From positions 1 through 36,904 of IMG/VR virus record IMGVR_UViG_3300038809_000038: a stretch of DNA of 36,904 bases. The stretch is one strand, 5' to 3'. Every line of letters starts with the position of its first letter. The first letter of the stretch is position 1. Shown piece by piece: positions 9,813-18,447 of this stretch. The position numbers and the translations under genes are program-made. Under the pieces are notes generated by a model, which was given only the letters and a program-made list of their open reading frames with translations, was not told where the DNA came from and did no database searches. This DNA is from a virus. Taxonomy: Duplodnaviria > Caudoviricetes.

Positions 9813-10061
9813 TTACGCGACGGCCTGCGCGGAGGCATTAAACGGATTGGCTTTAAGGCCTGATACCTCCGCTACTCGTACAAAATGAAACTGGAAAAGC
9901 TGGCCTTTGGGGCGGCTGGTCATGCGGCCAGCAACCAGGGTTGGCTCCCAGCGAGATTTACAGGAGTTAGGGCGAATGAACCGAGTAATGCGATTGGCCC
10001 CCCATATGCGCTTTATCATTTGGCTAGAGCGGGCCAGCTGAGGCAAATTTGATATATTCAT
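9813..10061 (-). CDS. hypothetical basic protein
   Basis: GAGG SD, starts just downstream of the ner-like stop. Confidence 0.45.
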   Translation of the reverse strand: MNISNLPQLARSSQMIKRIWGANRITRFIRPNSCKSRWEPTLVAGRMTSRPKGQLFQFHFVRVAEVSGLKANPFNASAQAVA

Positions 10062-10068
10062 GCTTGCC

Positions 10069-10299
10069 TCAGGCTACTAGCTGTTCGACGGAGAGCTTGA
10101 GGCCCAGTTTCAGAGCGATTTCGTGGCATTTGCCGCGAGTGCTTTTGGATCGACCGCCGATTACGCAGTAAACCTCGTGGCGGCTATAGCCGTTCTTTTC
10201 AGCCCAAGTCGATAGGGGTAGCCCGGCAGCATTGAAAAGTTCGCGGACGCGATCAGCGGTATAGGGTTTGCGGGTCGGTAATGGGTACGGAACGTTCAT
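10069..10299 (-). CDS. Ner/Cro-like DNA-binding protein (BcepMu gp16-like)
   Basis: GLPLSTWAEKNGYS..VY.VIGG...RGKCHEIALKLGLK; first gene of the early operon. Confidence 0.85.
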   Translation of the reverse strand: MNVPYPLPTRKPYTADRVRELFNAAGLPLSTWAEKNGYSRHEVYCVIGGRSKSTRGKCHEIALKLGLKLSVEQLVA

Positions 10300-10373
10300 T
10301 TGACGGGCTTCCTGTGTGTTTTGAGAGTGCCAATCAGAAGTCTTCTAGGGCGTTACTGATTGGCTTGTAATAG

Positions 10374-10402
10374 ATAATGGGTAATAAAGTACCCATAGTC
10401 AA
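10374..10402 (-). promoter_or_regulatory. sigma70 early promoter (Pe-like): TTGACT-17 bp-CATTAT
   Basis: Minus-strand -35 at 10402-10397 and -10 at 10379-10374, 17-bp spacer, pointing into the ner-like gene. Confidence 0.75.
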
Positions 10403-10430
10403 GGTGATTAATGGGAAATTATCTACTCAT
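10377..10430. promoter_or_regulatory. two operator-like 20-bp palindromes
   Basis: ATGGGTAATAAAGTACCCAT (10377-10396) and ATGGGAAATTATCTACTCAT (10411-10430). Confidence 0.65.
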
Positions 10431-10902
10431 TGGCGAGCGTCTGCGTGAGCAGCGCGAAGACCTAGGAATGAATCAGACGGACTTTGCGGCTGTGGCCGAC
10501 ATCAGTCGAAAAACACTTTTTGGGTATGAATCGGGCGACCGGGCCCCAGATGCTGGGACGTTAGCTGTATGGGCCGAGCTAGGCGTGGACGTCCTTTATG
10601 TCATCACCGGCCAACGTTCCGCTCCGGCGATTCCTGTTCCAGGCGAATCCGCGCGCGACCTCGTGCGAGGCAAGGCTTTGCGCGAGTCTGGCGTCATGAT
10701 TGGGCAGGTGGTTAAGGACATGAAAGAGTCCGGTACTTTCCCTGGAAGCGCGCTAGAGAAGGCTGGTTTAAATCGTCGTGAAAAGGCCCTTTTGGATAAT
10801 TACCGAGGGTCAGATGAGCGAGGGCGTAAGGCCATTGAAGGCACGGCGAGTGCGTTGTCACACAAGGACAGTGATGAGTCGAAACACCAGGGCGGCGAAT
10901 GA
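10411..10902 (+). CDS. XRE-family phage repressor
   Basis: IGERLREQREDLGMNQTDFAAVADISRKTLFGYESG HTH; divergent from the ner-like gene. Confidence 0.9.
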   Translation: MGNYLLIGERLREQREDLGMNQTDFAAVADISRKTLFGYESGDRAPDAGTLAVWAELGVDVLYVITGQRSAPAIPVPGESARDLVRGKALRESGVMIGQVVKDMKESGTFPGSALEKAGLNRREKALLDNYRGSDERGRKAIEGTASALSHKDSDESKHQGGE

Positions 10903-10933
10903 CGATGGATGTGATTCTTTATAGGGGTAAAAA

Positions 10934-11491
10934 ATGAAAATAATTCTCGGTTTGTTTGTGTGTTTTCTTTCGTGTGGGGTCCATGCAGAAACACTCAAAA
11001 AAGCCAGTCCTGAGTCATTGGCTCGAGCTACTAAGCAAATGACGGCCTTGAGCAAAGCGATGAGTGAAGGCATGGAGGTACTGAAGCTAGGTAATTTGAA
11101 CGGTATTGGTGCGCACAGCAGGCGAATGAACACGCTTGTTGAAGATGGCCAAAAACAATTCGGCAGCTCTATTTTTGAGCCGCTAGGGCGTTGCTTTGGG
11201 GCAGGAGTCAATGCCCGAGCATGGTGGGCTGCGCAAGTGTCCGCGGCTCAAAACGGCGGTATTGAAAGAATACCTGGCTCAATCAAAGATGCGCTGGGTG
11301 AGTATCAGATGAATCGGGATGAGTGTTTAAAGTCTGCTGACCCTATCGCTGTAGAAGAGTCGAATGCTCAACTTGATGCAGAGCTAAAGAAAAAATTTGG
11401 AGGGGGTAGAGAGTGTTTAACCGTACTTGACGTTGATCCTGAAACCAAGGAAATCATTTCGAAGCCCAAACCTGCGCACTGTAAGAACTGA
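10934..11491 (+). CDS. exported hypothetical protein (moron)
   Basis: Sec signal MKIILGLFVCFLSCGVHA|E; AT-rich; directly downstream of the repressor. Confidence 0.75.
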   Translation: MKIILGLFVCFLSCGVHAETLKKASPESLARATKQMTALSKAMSEGMEVLKLGNLNGIGAHSRRMNTLVEDGQKQFGSSIFEPLGRCFGAGVNARAWWAAQVSAAQNGGIERIPGSIKDALGEYQMNRDECLKSADPIAVEESNAQLDAELKKKFGGGRECLTVLDVDPETKEIISKPKPAHCKN

Positions 11492-11504
11492 TCCCACATA
11501 AATC

Positions 11505-11550
11505 TCTTTAAACTCGTTTAAAAGCCTTCCTGGCACACGCCGCCCATTAT
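11505..11550 (+). promoter_or_regulatory. late promoter 1 (lysis): conserved 22-bp box plus -10 CATTAT
   Basis: TCTTTAAACTCGTTTAAAAGCC, 18 nt, CATTAT. Confidence 0.75.
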
Positions 11551-11567
11551 GGCGGCGTGTGTATTTC
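11534..11567 (+). terminator. stem-loop, probable terminator of the repressor-moron transcript
   Basis: Perfect 11-bp stem CACACGCCGCC/GGCGGCGTGTG followed by TATTTC. Confidence 0.5.
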
Positions 11568-11607
11568 TGGCGCCTGAAACTTGCGGCGCCGCTTCAGGAG
11601 GCGTCCG

Positions 11608-12108
11608 ATGCGACCCGAAAACCCTCGCGGTATCCGCAATTTTAACCCCGGCAATATCCGCCATGCCAAAGGTGTGCGCTGGCAAGGCCAGGCCGCAACC
11701 CAGTCCGACGCCTCATTCGTCCAGTTCACCGCCCCACGCTGGGGTATTCGCGCCATTGCCCGCGTACTGATCACCTACCAGGACAAACGCCTGGCCGCTG
11801 ACGGCAGCCGGATCGACACAGTGCGCGAGATCGTCGAGCGCTGGGCGCCGCCCTCTGAAAACAATACCAATGCCTACACCGCCACTGTGGCTCGCGCTCT
11901 TGGGATCGACCCCGACCACGAAGGCGTAGACGTTTACGACTTCGATGTCATGCGCGTCCTGGTGCAGGCCATCGTTCGTCACGAAAACGGCCCTGGACCG
12001 CTACCTGGTGGTCAATGGTATGGCGAGCCGATCATCGCTGATGGACTCACCCTCGCGGGCATTGAGCGCGGCGCCAAGCACGGTCACTCCAACGGGAGCG
12101 CAGCATGA
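11608..12108 (+). CDS. putative endolysin ('structural protein P5'-like family)
   Basis: RGIRNFNPGNIR, RWAPPSENNTNAY, AIVRHENG; first gene of the lysis cassette; AGGAGG SD. Confidence 0.7.
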   Translation: MRPENPRGIRNFNPGNIRHAKGVRWQGQAATQSDASFVQFTAPRWGIRAIARVLITYQDKRLAADGSRIDTVREIVERWAPPSENNTNAYTATVARALGIDPDHEGVDVYDFDVMRVLVQAIVRHENGPGPLPGGQWYGEPIIADGLTLAGIERGAKHGHSNGSAA

Positions 12109-12332
12109 AGGGGGTCAAACCTATCTGCGACTGGCGTTGCTGCTACCGGCTGTACAGCGTCCAGATAACCATCCTGATCGCCTTGTTGGGACTTGCTCAG
12201 TTAGAGCTGCTGCCCATGTGGCAGGAGCAGCTCTCGCCTCGTGCTTATGCGGCCCTGAACAGCGGCTTGGCAGTGCTTCTGTTCTTCGCCCGCCTGATTA
12301 AACAAGGGCCGCCCCAGGAGCCACTCCCATGA
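12105..12332 (+). CDS. putative holin
   Basis: 75 aa with two hydrophobic segments, next to the putative lysin. Confidence 0.65.
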   Translation: MKGVKPICDWRCCYRLYSVQITILIALLGLAQLELLPMWQEQLSPRAYAALNSGLAVLLFFARLIKQGPPQEPLP

Positions 12333-12541
12333 GACTCAACCTCTTCGGTCGGCTGTTTTCTGCGCTACTGGCTGGGTTCACCTGGGGGTATCGCTGGACC
12401 TCTCCGTCCACTGCTTCCGGTAGCTGGACCAGGGCGACGGTGATTCCGCCTTATCGTCACGGCAAGACGGATATCGTCGCGGCCAAGCGCCGGGCGCGTA
12501 AATCACGCAATCGTCAGAGACAACAACATGGGCACGCTTGA
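12329..12541 (+). CDS. hypothetical protein (hydrophobic N-terminus, basic C-terminus)
   Basis: ATGA-coupled, AGGAG SD. Confidence 0.6.
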   Translation: MRLNLFGRLFSALLAGFTWGYRWTSPSTASGSWTRATVIPPYRHGKTDIVAAKRRARKSRNRQRQQHGHA

Positions 12542-13142
12542 GCAGATGGTCTGGCCATTGCCAGCGCGACTGGCTGCCGTGGCACTAGCCTGCGCGTTAA
12601 GTGCCAGCGCGGCGGGCTCAATCGCCTATGGGTTCGGCTTTCGATACGCCGAAGCATTGGGCGCGAAGGCCCTATCAGACCTCAAAACCAAGCACGCTGA
12701 CCAAGCTCTGGCAGCTGAAAACGCTAACCGCCTGCAGCTGCTCCAGCAGGTCGCCCGAGCCAATGAAAGCGAATCCCTGCTGTTCAACCTGATGGACCAG
12801 TACGCCAAAGAAAAGCAACTGCTCCAGGAGCGCATCCCCCATGTCACGACTCAGTACCGGCCTGCGCCTGGTGCAGTTACTCAGCCTATCCCTCGTTGCG
12901 TGTTCACTGCTGGCTGGCTGCGTGACTTCAACACCGCCCTCGGTGTGCCTGCCCCAGGAGCAGGCACCGCTACCACCCAACCTGCGCAAGCGCCCTGGGC
13001 CACCCCCGGCACTGACGCCGAACTATTGGAAAGCGGCGTCACTCCCGCAGACATTCTTGCCTATGCCCAGGACTACGGTCTGTGGGTACGTAACAACCTC
13101 GCCCAACTCAATGGATTGCTTGATCTACAGAAAAAGGACTGA
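12528..13142 (+). CDS. i-spanin (Rz-like)
   Basis: N-terminal TM segment plus coiled coil; hosts an embedded lipoprotein gene. Confidence 0.75.
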   Translation: MGTLEQMVWPLPARLAAVALACALSASAAGSIAYGFGFRYAEALGAKALSDLKTKHADQALAAENANRLQLLQQVARANESESLLFNLMDQYAKEKQLLQERIPHVTTQYRPAPGAVTQPIPRCVFTAGWLRDFNTALGVPAPGAGTATTQPAQAPWATPGTDAELLESGVTPADILAYAQDYGLWVRNNLAQLNGLLDLQKKD

Positions 13143-13158
13143 CCGTATATGGATGTAG
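12841..13158 (+). CDS. o-spanin lipoprotein (Rz1-like), +1 frame within the i-spanin
   Basis: Signal peptide with lipobox LAGC, Pro-rich mature region, AGGAG SD upstream. Confidence 0.72.
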   Translation: MSRLSTGLRLVQLLSLSLVACSLLAGCVTSTPPSVCLPQEQAPLPPNLRKRPGPPPALTPNYWKAASLPQTFLPMPRTTVCGYVTTSPNSMDCLIYRKRTDRIWM

Positions 13159-13367
13159 CAGATATCGCTGGCGAGAACGACTTTAGCGAAGAGGCTTTGC
13201 TCGCACATCAGAGTGGCGTGCAGCGGCGTTCTGGACCATCGGCCTATCGCTGTGACGAATGCGGTGATTCGATCCCTGAGGCGCGCCGCCAAGCAGAGCT
13301 AGGCACTGAGCATTGTGTTGACTGCAAGACCACTCTGGAACACCTGGCAAAGCGGGGGTTGCGATGA
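13149..13367 (+). CDS. TraR/DksA C4 zinc-finger protein
   Basis: DVADIA N-terminus; CDECGDSIPEARR...CVDC. Confidence 0.88.
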   Translation: MDVADIAGENDFSEEALLAHQSGVQRRSGPSAYRCDECGDSIPEARRQAELGTEHCVDCKTTLEHLAKRGLR

Positions 13368-13669
13368 ATATGGAAGAGCTGAACTTTAGTTTCACTGCCG
13401 TGCAGTGGGTGGTAGTCACGGCGCTCGGGATTTACACCTGGTTCATCAATCGCCAGGCAGCCAGTGGTAAAGAGTTGCTGGAGCTGCGTACCCGAATTGT
13501 CGCCCTGGAGGAGCACGTCCGACATTTGCCTGACCAGACTGCCGTCACCGATCTCCTGGGCGATATGAAAGCCGTGCGGGCCGAATTGTCGGGGGTCAAG
13601 GATGCACTTGCCCCTTTAGCCCGTTCGCTGGACCGGATTAATGATTACTTGTTGCGAGAAAAAACATGA
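13364..13669 (+). CDS. DUF2730 family membrane protein (Mu gp25-like)
   Basis: N-terminal TM, coiled coil, HLPD motif, ends in YLL. Confidence 0.75.
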   Translation: MNMEELNFSFTAVQWVVVTALGIYTWFINRQAASGKELLELRTRIVALEEHVRHLPDQTAVTDLLGDMKAVRAELSGVKDALAPLARSLDRINDYLLREKT

Positions 13670-13959
13670 CTCAATTCGCCACCTTTCTGCGTGAAGACTA
13701 CCGCCTGGTCATCCTACGCCTGCTGGCCGAAACCACCGGCTACCGTGCCAACAGCTCGGTGCTGACCATGGCCCTGGACAGCTTCGGCCACACGCTCAGC
13801 CGTGACCAGGTTAAAACCGAGATGCACTGGCTGGCCGAGCAAGGTGCGGTGACTGTTGCCGATGTTGGCCCCGTACTAGTGGCCACCCTTACCGAGCGCG
13901 GTCAGGATATCGCTGCAGGGCGTGCCCGCGTTCCAGGCATCAAACGGCCAGGGGCCTAA
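13666..13959 (+). CDS. Mu gp26-like winged-helix protein
   Basis: RLVILRLL..., SRDQVKTEMHWLAEQG, LTERGQDIA.GRARVPGIKRP. Confidence 0.8.
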   Translation: MTQFATFLREDYRLVILRLLAETTGYRANSSVLTMALDSFGHTLSRDQVKTEMHWLAEQGAVTVADVGPVLVATLTERGQDIAAGRARVPGIKRPGA

Positions 13960-13961
13960 CC

Positions 13962-14513
13962 ATGGCGGGAAAATCGTCCATCAGTCGCATGCCGCCCGAG
14001 GTCAAGGCTTACATCCAGAAGCTCTTGCGTGAAGATCGCATGACCTTGGATGAAATGATTGCGGATGTCCAAGCGCACTTTCCGAATGAAAAAATGCCAA
14101 GCCGCAGTGCCTTGGGCCGTTTTAGAGTTGGTTTTGAGCAGCTGACCGAGAAAACGCGTCAGCACCGGGAGCAGGCTGAAGCCTTCGTGGGGGCTTTCGG
14201 TGAGGACTCGACCGACAAGACCGGCGCGCTGCTGGTTGAGGCCATTTCCACTCTGGCTTATCAGGCCGCGATGGGCGCCCATGAAAAGGATGAGGTCACA
14301 ACAAAGGAAGTGGCCGACCTGGCGCGAGCCGCAAAAAACACCATGCAAGCCCGGACGTTGAGCATGAAAGAGCGCCAGGCAGCTGAGCAGGCTGGTCGTG
14401 ACCGCTTGCTGCGTGAGCAATCCGCCGAACTGGATAAGGCTGTCAAAGCCAAGGGCCTATCTGAAGAGTCGGCCCAGTGGTGGCGCGAGAAGTTCTTGGG
14501 CGTGAAGCAATGA
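13962..14513 (+). CDS. terminase small subunit (Mu gp27, DUF3486)
   Basis: KSSISRMP..., PSRSALGR; precedes TerL. Confidence 0.82.
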   Translation: MAGKSSISRMPPEVKAYIQKLLREDRMTLDEMIADVQAHFPNEKMPSRSALGRFRVGFEQLTEKTRQHREQAEAFVGAFGEDSTDKTGALLVEAISTLAYQAAMGAHEKDEVTTKEVADLARAAKNTMQARTLSMKERQAAEQAGRDRLLREQSAELDKAVKAKGLSEESAQWWREKFLGVKQ

Positions 14514-16114
14514 AACCCTCATCCAGTACCGTCCGTGTCATCGAGTGGGATGAATTGCCGCCCAGCGTCCGGCAGATCCCCGAGGGTTGCAACCCGATTG
14601 CCGAAGGCATCCTGATGGCTCACCAGGTGGACTGGTTGAGAATTCAGGCTCAAATCAAACTCTGTGAAAAAGGCCGCCGTACAGGCATCACCTTCGCCGA
14701 GGCACTGGACTCAGTGATCACTGCCTCCTCGCAGAAGTCTGCAGGCGGCATGGACTGTTTCTACATCGGTGACACCAAGGAAAAGGGCCTGGAGTTCATT
14801 GGCTACTGTGCCAAGTTCAGTCGGGTGATGGCCGAGGCTCAGGCCTCGGGCGTCAGCGAGATTGAAGAGTTTCTGTTTGAGGATCAGGACGAAGCGGGCA
14901 ATACGCGTCAGATCAACGCTTACCGTATCCGTTACGCTTCGGGCTTCAAAATCGTCGCGCTTTCGAGCAATCCGGCCAGTATTCGTGGCCTGCAGGGCAA
15001 AGTGATCATCGACGAAGCTGCGTTTCACCGTGACGTTTCTGCCGTGCTCGATGCCGCGACCGCGTTGCTGATCTGGGGCGGTCGGATCGTCATCATCAGC
15101 ACCCACAACGGCAAGGGCAATCCGTTCAACCAGATGGTCAATGACATTCGGGACGAGCGCTATGGCGACAGTGCCGAGGTCTACACAGCAACCTTTGACG
15201 ATGCCGTTGCCAATGGCCTGTACGAGCGCGTGTGCTACATGGCGGGTGAGCTACCGACCGCTGAAGGTAAGGAAGCCTGGTACAAGAAAATTCGTAACGC
15301 CTACGGTCCGCGTAAGTCCCAAATGCGCGAAGAACTGGATGCCATCCCCCGCGATGGCAATGGCGTCTGCATTCCAGGTGTGTGGGTTGACGAGGCCATG
15401 CGTCCCGGTCGCGAAGTACTCCGACTGGCGTTGGACGCAGACTTTGTCCACCAGGCGTTGTATCGCCGCGAGGCCTATGTAAACGACTGGATTGACCGTG
15501 AACTGGCGCCGGTAATGGCAGAGCTTGACCCTGAACTGCGCCATTTCCTGGGTATGGACTATGCGCGGCACCGCGACTTTTCCATCATCTGCCCGATGTC
15601 AGTCGACATGTCCCGGCACCGTGACGTGCCGTTTGTGATGGAGATGCATAAGGTTCCGACCCGCCAGCAACAGCAAATTCTGTTTTACATCCTGCGCGGT
15701 CTGCCTCGGTTTGTCGGCGCCGCCCTGGACGCCACAGGCAGCGGTGAAACCCTTGCCGAAGATACGGCAGACGAATTCGGCCATAACCGGATTCACCAGG
15801 TGAAGATCAGCCGCGCTTGGTACGGCGCATGGATGCCGAAGTTTGTGCAGCTGTATGAAGACGGCGCCATCACCATGCCCAAGGACGACAACCTGCACCA
15901 GGACGTGCGCGCCATTGAAACGGTGGAAGGCGTTCCGATGATCGTCAAGGCCCGCTCACAAGACCTTAAAGACCCGGACCTTTACCGCCACGGTGACTTC
16001 GCGGGGGCTGGTGCGCTGGCCAACTTCGCCACGCTGGAGGTGACGTCTGGTCCAGTTGCCGCTAAATCACGCCGCCCACGACAGGGCCGACGCATTACCC
16101 AGGGGTACGCATGA
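14510..16114 (+). CDS. terminase large subunit (Mu gp28-like)
   Basis: EKGRRTGIT Walker A, VIIDEAAFH Walker B, GMDYAR nuclease motif, HGD. Confidence 0.92.
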   Translation: MKPSSSTVRVIEWDELPPSVRQIPEGCNPIAEGILMAHQVDWLRIQAQIKLCEKGRRTGITFAEALDSVITASSQKSAGGMDCFYIGDTKEKGLEFIGYCAKFSRVMAEAQASGVSEIEEFLFEDQDEAGNTRQINAYRIRYASGFKIVALSSNPASIRGLQGKVIIDEAAFHRDVSAVLDAATALLIWGGRIVIISTHNGKGNPFNQMVNDIRDERYGDSAEVYTATFDDAVANGLYERVCYMAGELPTAEGKEAWYKKIRNAYGPRKSQMREELDAIPRDGNGVCIPGVWVDEAMRPGREVLRLALDADFVHQALYRREAYVNDWIDRELAPVMAELDPELRHFLGMDYARHRDFSIICPMSVDMSRHRDVPFVMEMHKVPTRQQQQILFYILRGLPRFVGAALDATGSGETLAEDTADEFGHNRIHQVKISRAWYGAWMPKFVQLYEDGAITMPKDDNLHQDVRAIETVEGVPMIVKARSQDLKDPDLYRHGDFAGAGALANFATLEVTSGPVAAKSRRPRQGRRITQGYA

Positions 16115-17607
16115 ACAACAAAGGCCTGTGGGTCAGCCCCACCGAGTTCGTCAATTTCGCCGATGCCAAGCGTGACAAGCTGCTCAGTCGGCACATCGCC
16201 ACTCGCGACCGCTCCAGCAGTGGTGCCTTTGGCGCCGCAAACTTGCCCAACCCTGACCCGATCCTCAAAGCCCAGGGTAAGGACATCACCGTCTATCGTG
16301 ACCTTCGCAGCTCAGCGCTGGTAGGTGGCAACATCCGCCGTCGCAAATCGTCGGTGCTGGCCCTGGAGCGCGGTATCAAGCGTGGTAATGCCCCGGTTAA
16401 GGTCGAGCGATTTGTTCGCGACTGGCTGCCAGATCTGGACCTTGACCGCATCATCCGTGAGCTGCTCGATGCGCCGCTTTTTGGGTACCAGCCCGTCGAG
16501 TTGATGTGGCAGCCGGTCGGCGGGTATCTGATGCCCGCCGATCTACTTGGTAAGCCCGCCGAGTGGTTTTTCTATGACAAGGATAACCAACTGCGCTTTC
16601 GCTCCCAGGAAGCGGGCCAGGATGGCGAGCTGTGTGACCCGCAGCGCTTCATCGTGGCGCGTCAGGATGCGACCTACGCCAACCCGTACGGCTTTCCAGA
16701 CCTCAGCATGTGTTTCTGGCCCGCCATGTTCATGAAGGGCGGTTTGAAGTTCTGGGTGCAGTTCACCGAGAAGTACGGCAGCCCCTGGGTGATTGGTAAA
16801 CACCCCCGTGGCGCCACGGACGCCGAGACGGATCTGCTGCTCGATAGCTTAGAGGCCATGGTGCAGGACGCCGTGGCGGCTATTCCTGATGATTCCAGCA
16901 TTGAAATCAAAGAAGCCTCCGGCAAAGCGGGCAGCGCCACGGTCTATCGCGAGCTGCTGGAATACTGCCGCAGCGAAATCAACGTGGCCATGCTCGGACA
17001 AAACCAAACCACCGAAAAAGAGAGCAACAGGGCCAGTGCCGAGGCCGGGGCCGAAGTTACCGACGACATTCGTGACGGTGACGCCGGGATCGTGGCCACC
17101 GCAATCAATGCCGTCATTCGCCGTATCGTCGATATCAACTTCGGTGAGAACGTTGTCGCGCCTGTCTACGAGCTGTGGGAGCAGCAAGAGATCGACAAGG
17201 TGCTGGCCGAGCGGGACAAGAGCCTCAGCGAGTCGGGTGTGAAGTTCACACCGCAGTACTTCAAGCGCACCTACAACCTGCAGGACGGTGACATTGTTGA
17301 AACCGCACCAGGTGATGCTGTTCCTGCTTTTGCCGAGCCAACACTGAAACTCATCCTCGACCAGGTGGCACTCGATCAAGCCATTGATAGCCTGTCAGCC
17401 GAGCAGCTGCAGGAGCAGAGCGAAAAGCTTGTTGCCCCGGTGCTGGAGGCCCTGCAGCGTGGACGTTCTGATAGTGAAGCATTGGGTCTGTTGGCTGAGG
17501 TCTACCCACAAATGGATGACCAGTCGCTGCAGCAGGAGCTTGCTCGCTTGCTGTTCATCGCCAACATTTGGGGTCGCCTGAGTGCCAGCGCGGATCGGGA
17601 GGACTGA
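16111..17607 (+). CDS. portal protein (Mu gp29, DUF935)
   Basis: FTEKYGSP, MLGQNQTT; follows TerL. Confidence 0.9.
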   Translation: MNNKGLWVSPTEFVNFADAKRDKLLSRHIATRDRSSSGAFGAANLPNPDPILKAQGKDITVYRDLRSSALVGGNIRRRKSSVLALERGIKRGNAPVKVERFVRDWLPDLDLDRIIRELLDAPLFGYQPVELMWQPVGGYLMPADLLGKPAEWFFYDKDNQLRFRSQEAGQDGELCDPQRFIVARQDATYANPYGFPDLSMCFWPAMFMKGGLKFWVQFTEKYGSPWVIGKHPRGATDAETDLLLDSLEAMVQDAVAAIPDDSSIEIKEASGKAGSATVYRELLEYCRSEINVAMLGQNQTTEKESNRASAEAGAEVTDDIRDGDAGIVATAINAVIRRIVDINFGENVVAPVYELWEQQEIDKVLAERDKSLSESGVKFTPQYFKRTYNLQDGDIVETAPGDAVPAFAEPTLKLILDQVALDQAIDSLSAEQLQEQSEKLVAPVLEALQRGRSDSEALGLLAEVYPQMDDQSLQQELARLLFIANIWGRLSASADRED

Positions 17608-17608
17608 T

Positions 17609-18436
17609 ATGTCCACGACCAAAACACCCAACCCCGCTGACCTCAAGGCCATTTTTGGGCTGGAGCCCGAGCAGGCTATCGCGTACCTGAAATCCAAGGG
17701 CTATGCGATCACCTGGAACTGGCAGGAGATGGTGGATCAGGCCCATGACATCTCCTTCACTGTCGCCAAAGCCATGCGCCTTGATCTGCTGTCGGATATT
17801 CGTGGCGCCCTGGAGACCGCCCTGCAGAGTGGTCAGACGCTCAAGCAGTTCATTGCGGATCTGCAGCCGGTGCTGGAATCTCAGGGCTGGTGGGGCAAAC
17901 AAGTGATCGTCGACAGCCAGGGTGTGGGTGAGATGGTCCAGTTGGGTAGTCCTCGTCGTTTGAAGACGATCTACCAGACCAACCTGCAGAGCGCGTACAT
18001 GGCGGGCCGCAAGGCCAGCATGGAAGAAACCACGGACACGCACCCGTACTGGATGTACGTGGCCATCCTGGACGGGAAAACCCGGCCCAGCCATCGCGCC
18101 TTGCATGGTCAAGTCTTTCGTCACGATGACCCGATCTGGGCGTCGATCTTTCCACCAAACGGTTTCAACTGCCGTTGCCGTGTCGTCGCCCTCACCGAGT
18201 CGGCGGTAAAACGCAGGGGGCTCAGAGTCGTTTCGAGTGAAGGCAACATGTTTACTGAAACGGTTGAAACCGGAGTGAACAAGCGCACTGGTGAAATTCG
18301 CACGGCGGAGGTTACAGGTTTGCGCACCACGGATGCCGCTGGCAAAGCCATAACGTTTCGAACAGACCCAGGCTTCAACCACGCACCAGGTACCGGCCTG
18401 GCTGAGATATTGAAACGCAAGCAAACAGCGGCATAG
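17609..18436 (+). CDS. head morphogenesis protein (Mu gpF / SPP1 gp7 family)
   Basis: RLKTIYQTN, DGKTRPSH, PPNGFNCRCRV. Confidence 0.9.
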   Translation: MSTTKTPNPADLKAIFGLEPEQAIAYLKSKGYAITWNWQEMVDQAHDISFTVAKAMRLDLLSDIRGALETALQSGQTLKQFIADLQPVLESQGWWGKQVIVDSQGVGEMVQLGSPRRLKTIYQTNLQSAYMAGRKASMEETTDTHPYWMYVAILDGKTRPSHRALHGQVFRHDDPIWASIFPPNGFNCRCRVVALTESAVKRRGLRVVSSEGNMFTETVETGVNKRTGEIRTAEVTGLRTTDAAGKAITFRTDPGFNHAPGTGLAEILKRKQTAA

Positions 18437-18447
18437 GGGAATTTGCC

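Noticed and set aside
17555-18424. 289-aa minus-strand ORF
   Set aside because: Shadow of the gpF gene
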